This document shows, piece by piece, positions 1 through 10,652 of a stretch of 64,000 nucleotides of DNA. This DNA is from an uncultured Planctomycetaceae bacterium (GTDB taxonomy: Bacteria; Planctomycetota; Planctomycetia; Planctomycetales; Planctomycetaceae): the NCBI GenBank assembly GCA_913031625.1, contig CAJWGB010000001.1, positions 52,533 to 116,532 on the forward strand, given 5' to 3'. A program made the position numbers and the translations under genes. The notes beneath the pieces were generated by a model. The model was not told the origin of the DNA. It saw nothing but the letters and a program-made list of their open reading frames with translations, and ran no database searches. Position 1 is the stretch's first letter. The number at the start of each line of letters is the position of its first letter.

Positions 1-1
1 G

Positions 2-1258
2 GCCCTTTGCGATCCGGATGAGGGGCGACTGGGGTCTGCTCAGAAGCGATTCAACAAGGCCAAAGGATATACGGACCTCCGTAAACTCCTTGAGGACAGC
101 AGTGTTGATGCCGTTGTGGTAGCGACCACAAATCACTGGCACTGTCTGGCTTCGATCTGGGCAATGGAAGCTGGCAAAGATGTATACGTCGAAAAGCCTC
201 TCTCCCATAGTCAGTGGGAGGGTGAACAGACTGTGCTCGCAGCTCGCAAGTACAACCGCATTTGTCAGGTGGGAACGCAGCAGCGGTCAGACCCGATGCA
301 GGCGGAGATCAAGAAGTTCCTGCATGAAGATAAGGCACTTGGACAGATCCTGCATGCTCGAGTGAACCGTTACGGTGTGCGTGGCGCAATCGGTAAACGA
401 GACACGCCGCTGAAGATCAGCGATTCAGTCAACTACGATCTCTGGCTTGGACCGGCTCAGGACAAGCCGATTTTCCGAAACAAGCTGCAGTATGACTGGC
501 ATTGGGACTTCAACACGGGTTCCGGTGAAATGGGCAACTGGGGTGTGCATGTTCTTGATGACCTGAGAAACAATGTCTTCCAGGACTCAGTGCGACTGCC
601 ACAGCGTATCTTTGGTGGGGGCGGCCGAGTTGCATGGAACGACGCGGGTGACACTCCCAACGTACATTTTGTTGGCTTTGATACCGGGTCAATTCCTGTT
701 GTGATTGGTCTGACCAACCTGACTGCCGGCAAGGGCGGAAAGGGATCACCCCGACATCCGGGACCAGGCAGTGGCTACATCGCGTATTGTGAGGGAGGTC
801 GACTGGAAGGTCAGCGTGGCCGGGCAGCTGCGTTTGATAAGGACGGAAAGAAGATCAAAGATTTCAGAGGCAATAGTGGGGGCGGTCATCAGCGCAACTT
901 TATTGACGCAGTACGCAGTCGCAACATCAGCAGTCTGAATGCAGATGTGGAAGTGGGTCACCTGTCGACAGGCTGGTGTAACCTTGCCAACATCGCATTC
1001 CAGGCGGGGCGTCCGTTCCGGATGGAAGATTCCAATCAGTTGCCGAACCAGCATGGCATCTGGCAGGACCTTGTGAAGTCCATGCAGGAACATCTGGACT
1101 CCCATGATGTTGCCATTACGAGTGATCAGGTAAAGCTGAGTCCCGTCCTGACAATTGATCCTGAGACGGACCGCTTTACAGGTGCCGGCGCTGATGCGGC
1201 AAATGCATTCATCAAGCGCCAGTATCGGGCACCTTATGTCGTTCCCGAAATTGGATAG
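2..1258 (+). CDS. Gfo/Idh/MocA family oxidoreductase (5' partial; frame is open from position 2)
   Basis: Frame upstream of the track ORF reads ALCDPDEGRLGSAQKRFNKAKGYTDLRKLLEDSSVDAVVVATTNHWH. Family motifs DVYVEKP, QVGTQQRS, DLWLGPA and GEMGNWGVH are present. Confidence 0.9.
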   Translation, partial: ALCDPDEGRLGSAQKRFNKAKGYTDLRKLLEDSSVDAVVVATTNHWHCLASIWAMEAGKDVYVEKPLSHSQWEGEQTVLAARKYNRICQVGTQQRSDPMQAEIKKFLHEDKALGQILHARVNRYGVRGAIGKRDTPLKISDSVNYDLWLGPAQDKPIFRNKLQYDWHWDFNTGSGEMGNWGVHVLDDLRNNVFQDSVRLPQRIFGGGGRVAWNDAGDTPNVHFVGFDTGSIPVVIGLTNLTAGKGGKGSPRHPGPGSGYIAYCEGGRLEGQRGRAAAFDKDGKKIKDFRGNSGGGHQRNFIDAVRSRNISSLNADVEVGHLSTGWCNLANIAFQAGRPFRMEDSNQLPNQHGIWQDLVKSMQEHLDSHDVAITSDQVKLSPVLTIDPETDRFTGAGADAANAFIKRQYRAPYVVPEIG

Positions 1259-1406
1259 TTTGTTCACTCTCAATAGCCACAGTAGAACCATCCCGAAACC
1301 GAACCGGCGGATCGCCAATGCTGCGAATGACGTCTTTGCGAAGCAACCTCGATCGGTTTTCAGATGGCCTTTCGTCAGCCCCATCCGTTGCTCTGAAACG
1401 AGACCA

Positions 1407-3176
1407 ATGAGAATTTTGTTTGCCCTTTTTCTGCTCACCACCACTGTCTTTGGTGCACCCGGGGCCGAACGCCCGAATGTTGTGATTGTCATCACTGACG
1501 ATCAGGGCTACGGGGACCTGTCCTGCCACGGTAATCCGGTTTTGAAGACGCCTCATATTGATGAGCTTCATAAGGAAGCAGTGCGGTTGACGGACTATCA
1601 TGTGTCACCAACCTGTTCGCCTACACGCAGTGCATTTCTGACGGGTCACTGGACGAATCGGACGGGTGTCTGGCATACCATCATGGGCCGATCGATGCTT
1701 CGTGAGAATGAAGTCACCATGGGTCAGATCTTCAAGGATGCCGGATACGCAACAGGCATGTTTGGTAAGTGGCACCTTGGTGACAACTATCCATTTCGGC
1801 CTGAGGATCGGGGTTACACAGAGGTCATGCGACACGGCGGTGGCGGCGTAGGGCAGACACCTGACTACTGGGACAATGCCTATTTTGACGGGGCATACTG
1901 GCACAACAGTAAGCCGGAGCAGGTGCAGGGCTTCTGCACAGACGTCTTTTTCGATTATGCAAAGAGGTTTATTAGATCGTCAAAAAAGCAGAACAAGCCA
2001 TTCCTGGCCTACATCGCAACCAACGCGCCTCATGGACCCATGCATGCCCCTGAAGAATGGGCGGCTCCTTATGCGGACGTGAAGAACGTAGGCCTGCAGC
2101 ACTTCTTTGGAATGATTGCAAACATCGATGACAACGTCGGAAAGATGCGAAAGTTCCTCGCCGACGAAGGGCTTGCGGAGAATACGATTTTCATCTTTAC
2201 CACTGACAATGGTTCGTCGAGCGGCTGGCGTCTGTTCAATGCAGGTATGCGAGCCGGTAAGGGAAGTGAATATGAAGGTGGCCACCGCGTTCCCTTCTTT
2301 GTCTCATGGCCTGCGGGTGGCATCGGAGGTGGAGTGGATGTGGATTCGACAACTGCTCACGTCGATGTCGTTCCAACACTGATTGAACTCTGCGGCCTCA
2401 ACAGGCCCCGGAAAGTTCGCTTTGACGGAATCAGCCTGGGGTCTGTCCTTAAGGACCCGAAGACGGCCGGGCTGGCTTCAAGAATCCTCGTGACAGACTC
2501 GCAGCGTGTGAAGGATCCGATCAAGTGGCGTAAGAGTTCTGTGATGCAGGGCAAGTGGCGACTCATCAACGGTAAAGAACTCTATAACATAGGAGATGAC
2601 CCGGGGCAGAAGACAGACATTGCGTCACAGAATCCCGCCGTGGTTCAGCGTTTGAGTCAGTTCTATGAACAGTGGTGGGCAGATCTGGAGCCGTCCTTTA
2701 AGCAGAATGCAGCCATCTATCTTGGCCACCCGAAGGATAACCCGGCCCGCCTGACATCGCACGACTGGATCACAACCGGTTCGACCCCGTGGAACCAGGC
2801 CCATATTCGTAAGGCAACGAACGGTGACGGCAACACGGGGTTCTGGAACGTGCATGTTCACTCATCGGGCCGATACACCATTCGTCTGAGACGGTGGCCC
2901 GAGACTGCGGACCTTCCAATCAATGCGCCACTCGCTCCCGGTGCCCCGGTTCCCGGAACCAGGGCGTTCCGGACTACTCCTGGGGTCGCGATCTCACCGG
3001 TCAAAGCTGCTATCTCCATCGGAGATGTGAACGAAGAACAGAAGATTGACCCGTCCAGCAAAGAAGTCGTGTTCGATGTCGTCCTGAAGAAAGGGAGGAC
3101 TCGATTCACCGCACTGTTTACTACGGGAGACGGGGAAAAGTACGGCGCGTACTACGCATACGTCGAAAAGAAATAG
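1407..3176 (+). CDS. Arylsulfatase (formylglycine-dependent sulfatase, secreted)
   Basis: Signal-like MRILFALFLL from ATG 1407, followed by RPNVVIVITDDQGYGD, the CSPTR (CxPxR) signature, GKWHLG and DNIDDNVG/TDNG motifs. Confidence 0.93.
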   Translation: MRILFALFLLTTTVFGAPGAERPNVVIVITDDQGYGDLSCHGNPVLKTPHIDELHKEAVRLTDYHVSPTCSPTRSAFLTGHWTNRTGVWHTIMGRSMLRENEVTMGQIFKDAGYATGMFGKWHLGDNYPFRPEDRGYTEVMRHGGGGVGQTPDYWDNAYFDGAYWHNSKPEQVQGFCTDVFFDYAKRFIRSSKKQNKPFLAYIATNAPHGPMHAPEEWAAPYADVKNVGLQHFFGMIANIDDNVGKMRKFLADEGLAENTIFIFTTDNGSSSGWRLFNAGMRAGKGSEYEGGHRVPFFVSWPAGGIGGGVDVDSTTAHVDVVPTLIELCGLNRPRKVRFDGISLGSVLKDPKTAGLASRILVTDSQRVKDPIKWRKSSVMQGKWRLINGKELYNIGDDPGQKTDIASQNPAVVQRLSQFYEQWWADLEPSFKQNAAIYLGHPKDNPARLTSHDWITTGSTPWNQAHIRKATNGDGNTGFWNVHVHSSGRYTIRLRRWPETADLPINAPLAPGAPVPGTRAFRTTPGVAISPVKAAISIGDVNEEQKIDPSSKEVVFDVVLKKGRTRFTALFTTGDGEKYGAYYAYVEKK

Positions 3177-3209
3177 CCGGAGTTTCCGGCGCAGTTGAAG
3201 GAGGCATTC

Positions 3210-3491
3210 ATGCCGGATCTGGAGGATGGTGAAGCGGTGGAGATGAGAGGCTCGGCCGCAAAACCGAATTTGCTGGCCAATCCGGCCGGCGTCTGCTCCG
3301 GTCCGGCGTGGCGGAACCAGTCTCTGCCAATCGAGTAACGGACCTGTAAACACGTGGTGACTGTTCGTTATCGGCGCATTGGAGCCAACGGTCAGACGAA
3401 GGACAAGCAGTGTGATCCTGCCGAAAAAGCACCGTCGCACGCAGACAAACTGATTGCCAGCGAGACCGGAGCCCGGCACGAAGAGAAGTAA
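3210..3491 (+). pseudogene. Degenerate relic joining a SWIM-type zinc-finger N-terminus to a WGR-domain C-terminus, with internal TAA at 3336-3338
   Basis: Strong SD AAGGAGG (3198-3204), ATG 3210, reading MPDLEDGEAVEMRGSAAKPNLLANPAGVCSGPAWRNQSLPIE*RTCKHVVTVRYRRIGANGQTKDKQCDPAEKAPSHADKLIASETGARHEEK*. Not in the ORF track. Confidence 0.65.
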
Positions 3492-3539
3492 GGCTGACTC
3501 ATCGTTTGACGAGGCAGGTATTGCCACCAGAGGTGTTCT

Positions 3540-4754
3540 ATGGAGATTCAGATGAGAACCATTGCCGCTGTTGTCCTGTTGTCGTTCGCATGTTCGGCAG
3601 GCGACTGGCCGAACTGGATGGGAGCTGATCTCACCGGAATCAGCAAAGAGACAGGCTGGTCTGACAGGTGGCCGGAAGACGGTTTGCCCGAGGTCTGGAC
3701 GAAGGAAATCGGGATCGGATTTAGTTCTGTCAGCATTGTGGGCGGCCGGCTGTACACGATGGGGCACGATGACGGCAAAGAGACTGTCTGGTGCCTGAAA
3801 GCCGACTCAGGCGATGTGGTCTGGAAGCATTCCTATGACGCAGAACGGAACGGAAACCTCTACGAGGGCGGGCCCGGATCCACTCCAACAGTCGATGGAG
3901 AGTCTGTTTATACGCTCAGTGTGGACGGGCGTCTGCTATGTCTGAACCGAAACAATGGAACAGTGGAATGGGAACGATCCCTTCAGGTGGAACTGGACAC
4001 TCGATTACACGAGTGGGGCTACAACTCTTCGCCATTCATCATTGGCAACCGACTCCTTGTGCAGGGGGGCCGAGTCGCCTGCTTCGACAAACGCAATGGC
4101 CGCAAACTGTGGTTGTCTGAGCCACATCGAGCAGGATACGGATCTATCCGGGCATTCAAACACCAGGGCGAAATGCTTCTTGCAGGTCTTGACTGTGAGG
4201 GGTTGCGAGTGACTCGGTTGAACGACGGTTCCGAAGTCGCCTTTCACCCGTGGGAATCGCCATTCGATACCAACTCCACAACGCCGATTATCGTTAAGGA
4301 TACGATCTACATCTCAACAGGGTACAACGTGGGATGTGGGCTGTTTCGTCTGAAGGATGGAGAGCTCGAAGAGCTCTACACCAGTCGAAAAATGCGCAAC
4401 CATTTCAACAACAGCATTCTGTATCAGGGTCACCTGTACGGCATGGATGGGAATTCCAACCTCGGCCGAATTGTCACTCTGACATGTATGGATCACCAGA
4501 CAGGCGAGGTAAAGTGGAAGCAGCCGGGGTTCGGATGTGGGACGGTGACCGTGGCCAACGATCGGTTGTTGATTTTGAGTGAACGAGGGGACCTTGTGAC
4601 CGGCAAGGCGTCCCCCGATGGTTTTGAAGAAATTTCACGTGCTCGAATCCTTCATGGCCGTTGCTGGACTGTCCCCGTCCTGCTGGATGGTCGAGTCTAT
4701 GCCCGCAACGCTGAAGGAGATCTTGTCTGTGTCCAGCTTCCGGAGAAGAAATGA
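3540..4754 (+). CDS. PQQ-binding-like beta-propeller repeat protein (secreted)
   Basis: Signal peptide, DWPNWMG, and repeated propeller blades (STPTVDG, SSPFIIG, STTPII, WTVPVLLDGRVYAR). Confidence 0.88.
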   Translation: MEIQMRTIAAVVLLSFACSAGDWPNWMGADLTGISKETGWSDRWPEDGLPEVWTKEIGIGFSSVSIVGGRLYTMGHDDGKETVWCLKADSGDVVWKHSYDAERNGNLYEGGPGSTPTVDGESVYTLSVDGRLLCLNRNNGTVEWERSLQVELDTRLHEWGYNSSPFIIGNRLLVQGGRVACFDKRNGRKLWLSEPHRAGYGSIRAFKHQGEMLLAGLDCEGLRVTRLNDGSEVAFHPWESPFDTNSTTPIIVKDTIYISTGYNVGCGLFRLKDGELEELYTSRKMRNHFNNSILYQGHLYGMDGNSNLGRIVTLTCMDHQTGEVKWKQPGFGCGTVTVANDRLLILSERGDLVTGKASPDGFEEISRARILHGRCWTVPVLLDGRVYARNAEGDLVCVQLPEKK

Positions 4755-6115
4755 GTTTCGATCACACGAGGTCAGTTGTCTTTACTCTGCTGATCTCAGT
4801 CATTTCGATTGGAGTTGCTGACGACACGTCCTCTCCGAACTGGACGCAGTTCCGAGGGCATGAGGCCTCAGGGGTGGCCGAAGGATGGACACTGCCACGA
4901 TCATGGAATGTGGAAGATGGAACGAACGTCCTCTGGCGGACAAAGATACCGGGCATGGGGCACGCGTGCCCGGTTGTTTCCGATGCAGCCGTCTACATCC
5001 TGACCGCCGATTCCAGGGAACGTTCGCAGGACCTGAAAGTAGGGCTCTACGGAGACATTGCTCCGGCCAAAGAGGACTTCCCATTCACGTGGACTCTGTA
5101 CTGCCTGTTTGCGGGCGATGGTCGCGTATGCTGGAAACGCGATCTGCATACCGGGGTTCCTCTGATCAAGCGGCACACAAAAGCCAGTCATGCGAACTCA
5201 ACTCCCGCGACTGATGGCAACCATGTGGTCGTTCAGCTTGGATCCGAAGGGCTGTATTGTCTGAACCGTTGTGGTGATCTGCTGTGGCGGAAGGACTTTG
5301 GTGTTCTGGACTCAGGTTATTTTCAGGTGAAGCAGGCGCAATGGGGCTTTGCCAGTTCTCCCATCATCTGGCGCGGTCGTGTGTATGTGCAGTGCGACGT
5401 TCAGGACGACTCGTTCATCGCGTGTCTGGATGTCAGAACGGGAGACGAATACTGGCGGATCAGCCGCGACGATGTTCCGACATGGAGCACGCCCACCATT
5501 CATTCATTTGGCAAACGTAACCTGCTGGTTGCCAACGGTTTCAAACATGCGGCGGGCTACGATGCACTGACCGGCGACGAGGTGTGGAGTATGGGTGAGG
5601 GAGGCGACATTCCGGTGCCGACTCCCATCGTGGCCCACAATCGGATCTATTTGAGCAGTGCCCACGGCGGTACGGCGCCCCTGACCGCCGTCCAGCCTTC
5701 AGCACAGGGACGCCTGAACCGTCCAGCCGAAGCAGGCGACGATGAGATGCTGAGCTGGCATCATGCACGCGAGGCGACCTACATGCAGACGCCTATCGTT
5801 TACCGGGGGTTATTGTACGCCTGTCGAGACAGCGGTGTGCTGACTGTGTTTGATGCAGTCACAGGTGAGAAGAAGTACCGGCAGCGATTGGGCAGTGGCA
5901 CAGGGTTCACCGCGTCACCTGTTGCGGGCGATGGCAAGTTGTATTTCACCAGCGAGCAGGGTGACGTTTATGTGCTCGCAGCAGGTCCTGAGTATCGACT
6001 GTTGGCAAAGAACACCATGGGAGAGACCTGCATGGCAACGCCCGCATTATCGCGCGGGCGTCTTCTGGTTCGTGGCCGGGACACAGTCTTCTGTCTCAGA
6101 GAGACTGCGCCTTGA
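4751..6115 (+). CDS. PQQ-binding-like beta-propeller repeat protein (secreted)
   Basis: ATGA overlap with the previous gene. Motifs NWTQFRG, STPATDG, ASSPII, WSTP, TASPVAGDG and MATPALSRGRL. Confidence 0.88.
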   Translation: MSFDHTRSVVFTLLISVISIGVADDTSSPNWTQFRGHEASGVAEGWTLPRSWNVEDGTNVLWRTKIPGMGHACPVVSDAAVYILTADSRERSQDLKVGLYGDIAPAKEDFPFTWTLYCLFAGDGRVCWKRDLHTGVPLIKRHTKASHANSTPATDGNHVVVQLGSEGLYCLNRCGDLLWRKDFGVLDSGYFQVKQAQWGFASSPIIWRGRVYVQCDVQDDSFIACLDVRTGDEYWRISRDDVPTWSTPTIHSFGKRNLLVANGFKHAAGYDALTGDEVWSMGEGGDIPVPTPIVAHNRIYLSSAHGGTAPLTAVQPSAQGRLNRPAEAGDDEMLSWHHAREATYMQTPIVYRGLLYACRDSGVLTVFDAVTGEKKYRQRLGSGTGFTASPVAGDGKLYFTSEQGDVYVLAAGPEYRLLAKNTMGETCMATPALSRGRLLVRGRDTVFCLRETAP

Positions 6116-6338
6116 AAGTCGCCACGGAAAGGTACCTGCCTGGAACCTGCGGGCGATGCACAACGTCGTCCCGATGAAGGCAGGTGATTTTCCGCAAGAC
6201 TCTTCTCAAACAGATCTTGCCCTCGGAGTAGGGGAGAGCTGCGCTCTCGTTGCCTATGGCTAATCCCCCAGAGTGCTTGCCAGGCGTCCGATTCGGCCTG
6301 ATTGGCAAACCTCACTTCGCTCTCTCCGGCCCATACGA

Positions 6339-7250
6339 TCAGCTGAGTTCCTGCTGCAGGCATTCTTCAAACGTGTTTTGCTGGAACTCAAAGCCAGCAT
6401 CCTGAAGACGCCTGGGTATCACCCGCGTAGACGAAAGCAGCAGTGCGTTTGCCATTTCGCCCAGCGCGATACGCGCGGCGAATCCGGGCATCGGGAGGCA
6501 CGTAGGGCGCTTGAGGTGAGCTCCCAGGATCTTTGTGAAGTCGTGATTCGTGGTCGAGAGTGGGCCGACTGCATTTACGGGGCCACTGATGTCCGTGTTG
6601 TCGATGCAGAAACAAATCATGCGGACCAGATCCTGCAGGCCGACCCAGCTCCAGTACTGTTTGCCGTTGCCGACGATTCCGCCCAGGCCAAACCTGAACG
6701 GTGTCAGTATTTTTTTGAGTGCTCCGCCGTGAGGGCTGATGACAACCCCGATGCGCAGATGCACAACTCGCATGCCGAGGTCTGAAGCGCGAGCTGCCTC
6801 CTGTTCCCACTCGGCGCATACTTCTGCAAGGAAATCATCACCAGGTGTTGAGTCTTCTGTGAGCTCTTCATTTCCGCGACTTCCGTAGTATCCAATGGCC
6901 GATGCGCAGATGAAGTGTTTGGGACGCTTCTCCACGGCGGCAATTGAGTCCACAAGGCTGCGCGTTCCCTGAACTCGGCTGCTTCGAATCTCTGCTTTGC
7001 GTTCTTTGTTCCAGCGACCTTCGGCAATGTTCTTCCCGGCCAGATGAACAATGGTGTCGACTTCTTCGAGGCGAGCCGGATTGGCCAGGCCGGTGTCAGG
7101 GTGCCACTGAATCGTATCGCCCCAGCCGCCACGCGCGCTTCGGCTGATGCCAATGACCTTGTCACCGCGTTCATTCAATTGACTGACCAGCGCTCCGCCG
7201 ACGAGGCCGGTGGGACCGCTGACAGCAATGGTTTGAGAATCCTGTGACAT
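6339..7250 (-). CDS. TIGR01777 family NAD-dependent epimerase/oxidoreductase
   Basis: IAVSGPTGLVG Rossmann start, VHLAGKNI, SAIGYYG, DFLAEVCAEWE, RIGVV and GNGKQYWSWV. Confidence 0.92.
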   Translation of the reverse strand: MSQDSQTIAVSGPTGLVGGALVSQLNERGDKVIGISRSARGGWGDTIQWHPDTGLANPARLEEVDTIVHLAGKNIAEGRWNKERKAEIRSSRVQGTRSLVDSIAAVEKRPKHFICASAIGYYGSRGNEELTEDSTPGDDFLAEVCAEWEQEAARASDLGMRVVHLRIGVVISPHGGALKKILTPFRFGLGGIVGNGKQYWSWVGLQDLVRMICFCIDNTDISGPVNAVGPLSTTNHDFTKILGAHLKRPTCLPMPGFAARIALGEMANALLLSSTRVIPRRLQDAGFEFQQNTFEECLQQELS

Positions 7251-7453
7251 TTGCAAACTCCACTCAAACGAAGTCCTGTACGTTTTGTGATGTCCGAATG
7301 CATCACACTGCTTCTGTGCGCCGTCGCAGTTCTCCGCATCGCCGAGACCACGTTAACAGGCGTGCCTGATCATTACCGGATCCCACCGATGCTCAACCGT
7401 ATTTATCTGCTATTTGCGACGAATTCACTCAGTTCAGGTGCACGCGCGGACCT

Positions 7454-8551
7454 TCACTCCGCTGTGGGGGTGTTATCACTGACCTGCTTGAGTCGATAAT
7501 TCACGATCTGCGAAAAGTACCTGTTACCGTTGCGGTTATTGAATTGCTGTTCCAGTTCCCGGACTCGCCGTTCCAGCCAGTTAATGAGCTCTGGAACCGA
7601 GTACGGTGGGCCATCAGCTGCCAGCGGGCATTCATCGGTGAGCCGAATGGAGAGTTCTTCTGTTCCCTCGACAACAATCCGTCGCATCAGCGCCCAGGCC
7701 GCCAGCATGAACTCGAAACCGGACCGAACGGAACTGGCTTCAACCGCCCAGTGAATGTGTTTCTCAAAGAGGGATATTCCACGCGGCAGGTCACCGACAG
7801 CGGCGAGGTAACGGAGATGGTGCCCCACAAGTTCCACCTACTTGGGATTTCGCTGGATCTGTGGATAAGCGCGTCTGTGGATCTCCGCGGCTTCGTCCCA
7901 CTTCTTCAGGTCAATCAGCGGCCCAAGCGCGAAGGACGCTCCCCAGATATAAAATCCGTTAGTATCGGAGCCGGTGAGCATTGGGAGAACGGCCTCATAG
8001 GCCTGCTTCGGCTCGCCCAGTTGAATGTGGAAGTCCGTTTGAAACAGCCGCAGTGCATCTCCCTGCCATGCCGACCCCGGGTGCTGCTGCATTGTTGAAT
8101 AGAGTTCGCGAGCGAGGTCATGATCTCCCAGCCAGAGTGCGTTAAAACAGCGCCCCCGATACAGTGACCGGAGTCCAAGGCCGGACTCGCGAGTCTTCTG
8201 TTCCAGTTGGTCCATCAGCTGACCGATCTGCTCGCGGGAAATATTCGGAAAGCTCGCCACATAGGCGGCGGCTTCTTCCAGTCCGTTGATCAGCGCATCG
8301 GCTGGAAACTTTTCCGGATCTCGATCAACGGCCGCGACGCACCAGCTGAGCGCCACCATCATCCTGTCTGCTTCTCCCGCATGAAACGCGGCGCTGACAT
8401 AGGAGATGCGAGTGATGAACTGCAGCCATTCATCCTGAATCGAATCGGCCAGGCGAACAGCCTCTCCAAAGAGACCACTCTGGATGGGCCCATCCTCAAG
8501 TTCACTGGCTCTGTCGAACAGCGACTGGATCTGTTCAACGACGTCGCTCAC
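7454..8551 (-). pseudogene. Helical hypothetical protein interrupted by an in-frame TAG at 7838-7840
   Basis: Track ORFs 7838..8551 and 7454..7837 are in the same frame, separated only by one TAG (QRNPK*VELVGHHLRYLA). The start overlaps the proA stop (GTGA). Confidence 0.7.
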
Positions 8552-9804
8552 CTGATCTGCCCGCTCCCATGGACGACGTACTTGTAACTCATGATTTCCC
8601 GGAGACCGCAGGGCCCGCGTGCGTGGAAACGATCGGTGCTGATCCCAATCTCCGCACCGAGACCAAATTCGCCCCCGTCATTGAATCGTGTGCTGGCATT
8701 AATCATCACGGCGGATGAATCGACCATCGTCTGAAAGTAGTTCGCTGCAGCAAGGTCGTTGGTGACGATCGTCTCTGTATGTCCTGAACCAAATTCTCGG
8801 ATGTGATCAGCTGCCTGCTCGATTGAGTCGACGATTCGAACGGACAGAGTCAGCTCCAGATACTCGGTGGCGTAGTCTGCGTCCGTGGCAGGCCTGACGT
8901 TCTCAATTCCGTTGGCAGATCGATCACAGCAACGCAGTTCGACGCCTGCCTGTTGCAATTGTGCTGCGAGGTCTGGCCAGAATCGATCGGCCGCGTCTTT
9001 GTGAATCAGCAGGGTTTCCGCAGCATTACAGACACCCGGCCGCTGGCACTTGCTGTTGATCGTTATGGCAGTGGCCATCTGCTGGTCGGCATTCGCGTCG
9101 ATGTAGACGTGACAGATGCCGTCAAAGTGTTTGATGACCGGCATGGTTGCTTCTTTTGCGACTCGCTCAATGAGTGACTTTCCGCCACGCGGAATCGTGA
9201 CATCGATCAGATTGCCCCGTGAAAGGAATTCACCGACTGCAGCGCGGTCAGTTGTCTCGACCAGTTGCACGGCGTGTCGTGGCAGCCCTTCTTCGGCGAG
9301 ACAGTCGCTGAGAATTCTGTGCAGGACCGTGTTGCTGTGAAATGCTTCGCTGCCTCCACGCAGAATGACGGCATTGCCACTTTTGACGCACAGAGCGGCA
9401 GCATCCACCGTGACATTGGGACGTGACTCGTAAATGAAGAAGACTACGCCCAGCGGCACTCGAATCTTTGTCACCAACAGTCCGTTGGGACGACGGTTGC
9501 TGTTAATAATTTCTCCCACCGGGTCCGGCAGCTGCCCGATTTCCACGACAGCATCTGCCAGCGACTGTAGCCGTTCGGGCGTCAGCTTAAGGCGATCCAG
9601 CATTGCTGAACTGAGCCCCTTTTCTTCACCTGCAGCAAGGTCCCTGGCGTTCTCTGCAATGATTTCGTCGCTGTGACTGACAAGAGCCGCTGCGCATCGC
9701 CTGAGCCATGCCAGTTTCTGTTCACCCGTTGCGGAAGCCAGTTCTGTGGTCGCAGCACGTGCATTCTGAGCAACTGTATCAGCGTATTGAGAAAGGTCAG
9801 TCAT
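8548..9804 (-). CDS. proA: Gamma-glutamyl phosphate reductase (glutamate-5-semialdehyde dehydrogenase)
   Basis: Motifs [51 protein letters not shown] and [14 protein letters not shown]. Confidence 0.97.
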   Translation of the reverse strand: MTDLSQYADTVAQNARAATTELASATGEQKLAWLRRCAAALVSHSDEIIAENARDLAAGEEKGLSSAMLDRLKLTPERLQSLADAVVEIGQLPDPVGEIINSNRRPNGLLVTKIRVPLGVVFFIYESRPNVTVDAAALCVKSGNAVILRGGSEAFHSNTVLHRILSDCLAEEGLPRHAVQLVETTDRAAVGEFLSRGNLIDVTIPRGGKSLIERVAKEATMPVIKHFDGICHVYIDANADQQMATAITINSKCQRPGVCNAAETLLIHKDAADRFWPDLAAQLQQAGVELRCCDRSANGIENVRPATDADYATEYLELTLSVRIVDSIEQAADHIREFGSGHTETIVTNDLAAANYFQTMVDSSAVMINASTRFNDGGEFGLGAEIGISTDRFHARGPCGLREIMSYKYVVHGSGQIR

Positions 9805-10082
9805 GGTTCGATGATTGTCTTAAGATGAACGGGCAGCGTCACAGGATTGGAGGCAGACCGAAAACCGATCCGAGTTGCTCCGCAAGCGCGGCATTTGCTG
9901 CGATCTGCACAACGGTACTGGGGCTGGTTCCAATCGACCATCCCGTCGAAACCTGAATCGTAATTGAGCAGGATGAAAGAGCTGGGGCTGCCGATCGAGG
10001 GTTCTTGACTGCGGTTTCGCATCCAGACTCTGATGATATCCATCCGGACACAGCAAAATCCCGAATGGGGAGCGCCGGGCGA

Positions 10083-10607
10083 TCAGAAATCCCAGTTTGT
10101 GTAGACGGCAGAGCGGAAATTCTGCCATTCGTCGCGCGAGCCGGAGTCATCAAGGGTTTTCGGTCGTTCAAACATGTCGCAGACCCATGTGTCCATACGT
10201 CTCAGGCGTTCTGCAAGGACGCATGCGATATTGGTCGCGATCATGTAACCAGCTTCCGGGCGTTCGGCGGCAAACGTCAGAAATTCTTCGCGCTTGTAGC
10301 AACACACTTTGAGGGGCGTTGCTGCGATGATCGAAGCCGAGTGTGGTGCATTTCTGACGAAGGACATTTCGCCGAACACGTCACCCGCGTTGAGAACTGC
10401 GAGGATTCGCTCACCCTGTTCTGAATTGCGGCTGACGATGCATTCGCCCGACAAAATGAGCCATAGTGCCTGGGTGTCATCTCCCTCCGTTAGAACCGAT
10501 TCACCGGGTGAAAATTCCCGATCCAGCAGACCTTCACAGATGCGGGCGGCATCCGGTTCATCCAGCCCATGAAATACCTGGAGTGTGGTCAGCTCAGTCG
10601 GGAGCAT
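10083..10607 (-). CDS. Cyclic nucleotide-binding domain protein (no HTH seen)
   Basis: cNMP fold pattern FSPGESVLTEGD, LWLILSG, GDVFGEMSF and PHSASIIA. Confidence 0.85.
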   Translation of the reverse strand: MLPTELTTLQVFHGLDEPDAARICEGLLDREFSPGESVLTEGDDTQALWLILSGECIVSRNSEQGERILAVLNAGDVFGEMSFVRNAPHSASIIAATPLKVCCYKREEFLTFAAERPEAGYMIATNIACVLAERLRRMDTWVCDMFERPKTLDDSGSRDEWQNFRSAVYTNWDF

Positions 10608-10652
10608 CTGCCCTGTCTTTCATCCGGATTCAATTGGAGCGGAAATGCAACG

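Noticed and set aside
1-6115. Oxidoreductase-sulfatase-PQQ propeller run, considered as a novel pathway
   Set aside because: These families are highly expanded and commonly adjacent in planctomycetes, and nothing here marks a specific system.
3336-7840. Stop-codon reassignment or pyrrolysine as an explanation for the internal TAA (3336) and TAG (7838)
   Set aside because: TAG and TAA end normal genes here (e.g. TAG at 1256, 3174 and 17086; TAA at 21156), the two lesions use different codons, and no pyl genes are visible.
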